Position numbering within the stretch: the first letter of the stretch is position 1
Assembly: GCA_044221725.1 (NCBI GenBank)
Contig: JBGAON010000001.1
Coordinates: 384,001-448,000 of the forward strand
From: Elusimicrobiota bacterium
Lineage (GTDB): Bacteria > Elusimicrobiota > Elusimicrobia > F11
Direction of reading: 5' to 3'
DNA: 64,000 bases
Below: more model-generated notes on this DNA
Databases searched by the model: none
What the model was told of the DNA's origin: nothing
Seen by the model: the letters and a program-made list of their open reading frames with translations, nothing else
The DNA itself: not shown here

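Noticed and set aside
23267..63939. The many short ORFs on both strands listed in the track, including the 491-aa minus-strand ORF 47646-49121
   Set aside because: They are shadows of the giant +3-frame gene. They repeat with its periodicity and show antisense-type composition without recognisable domains.
1..64000. rRNA, tRNA, transposase, integrase or prophage genes
   Set aside because: Nearly all sequence is accounted for by the CDSs above, intergenic gaps are short, and no such motifs were recognised.

Overview
Bacterial genomic DNA from a diderm organism. The gene style (PorV/PorP-like barrel, 'gliding-motility' type C-terminal sorting domains, giant Ser/Thr-rich FN3/FG-GAP/LamG protein) suggests Elusimicrobiota or a similar lineage, which is inference only. 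There are three zones. (1) 1-12.9 kb: the 3' end of a diguanylate cyclase, then a tightly coupled operon. It encodes an outer-membrane barrel, a small secreted subunit, a PapD/DUF916-like chaperone, a protein carrying a copy of the subunit's N-terminal strand plus a T9SS type-B-like C-terminal sorting domain, a 1325-aa CBM/glycosidase-like protein ending in a copy of the subunit domain, and a membrane-anchored glycosidase paralogue. This reads as an usher-less, donor-strand-assembled fibre (WxL/Csc- or chaperone-usher-like) anchored through a T9SS-like CTD/barrel pair, and is the best candidate for an undescribed system. (2) 13-23 kb: DUF3015/DUF4105/alpha-beta hydrolase genes and a housekeeping run (yggS, proC, yggU, rpoZ-like, split coaC/coaB, family-4 UDG, priA), plus two small coiled-coil ORFs. 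(3) 23,319 to the window end: one uninterrupted ORF of more than 13,560 codons, missing from the supplied ORF track because it has no stop in the window. It is a giant secreted adhesin-like protein with beta-helix-like modules, 3 LamG domains, two 7-bladed FG-GAP propellers and 30 tandem ~189-aa double-FN3 repeats. No rRNA, tRNA, CRISPR array or transposase was recognised. All family assignments come from motif recognition by eye, not from database searches.
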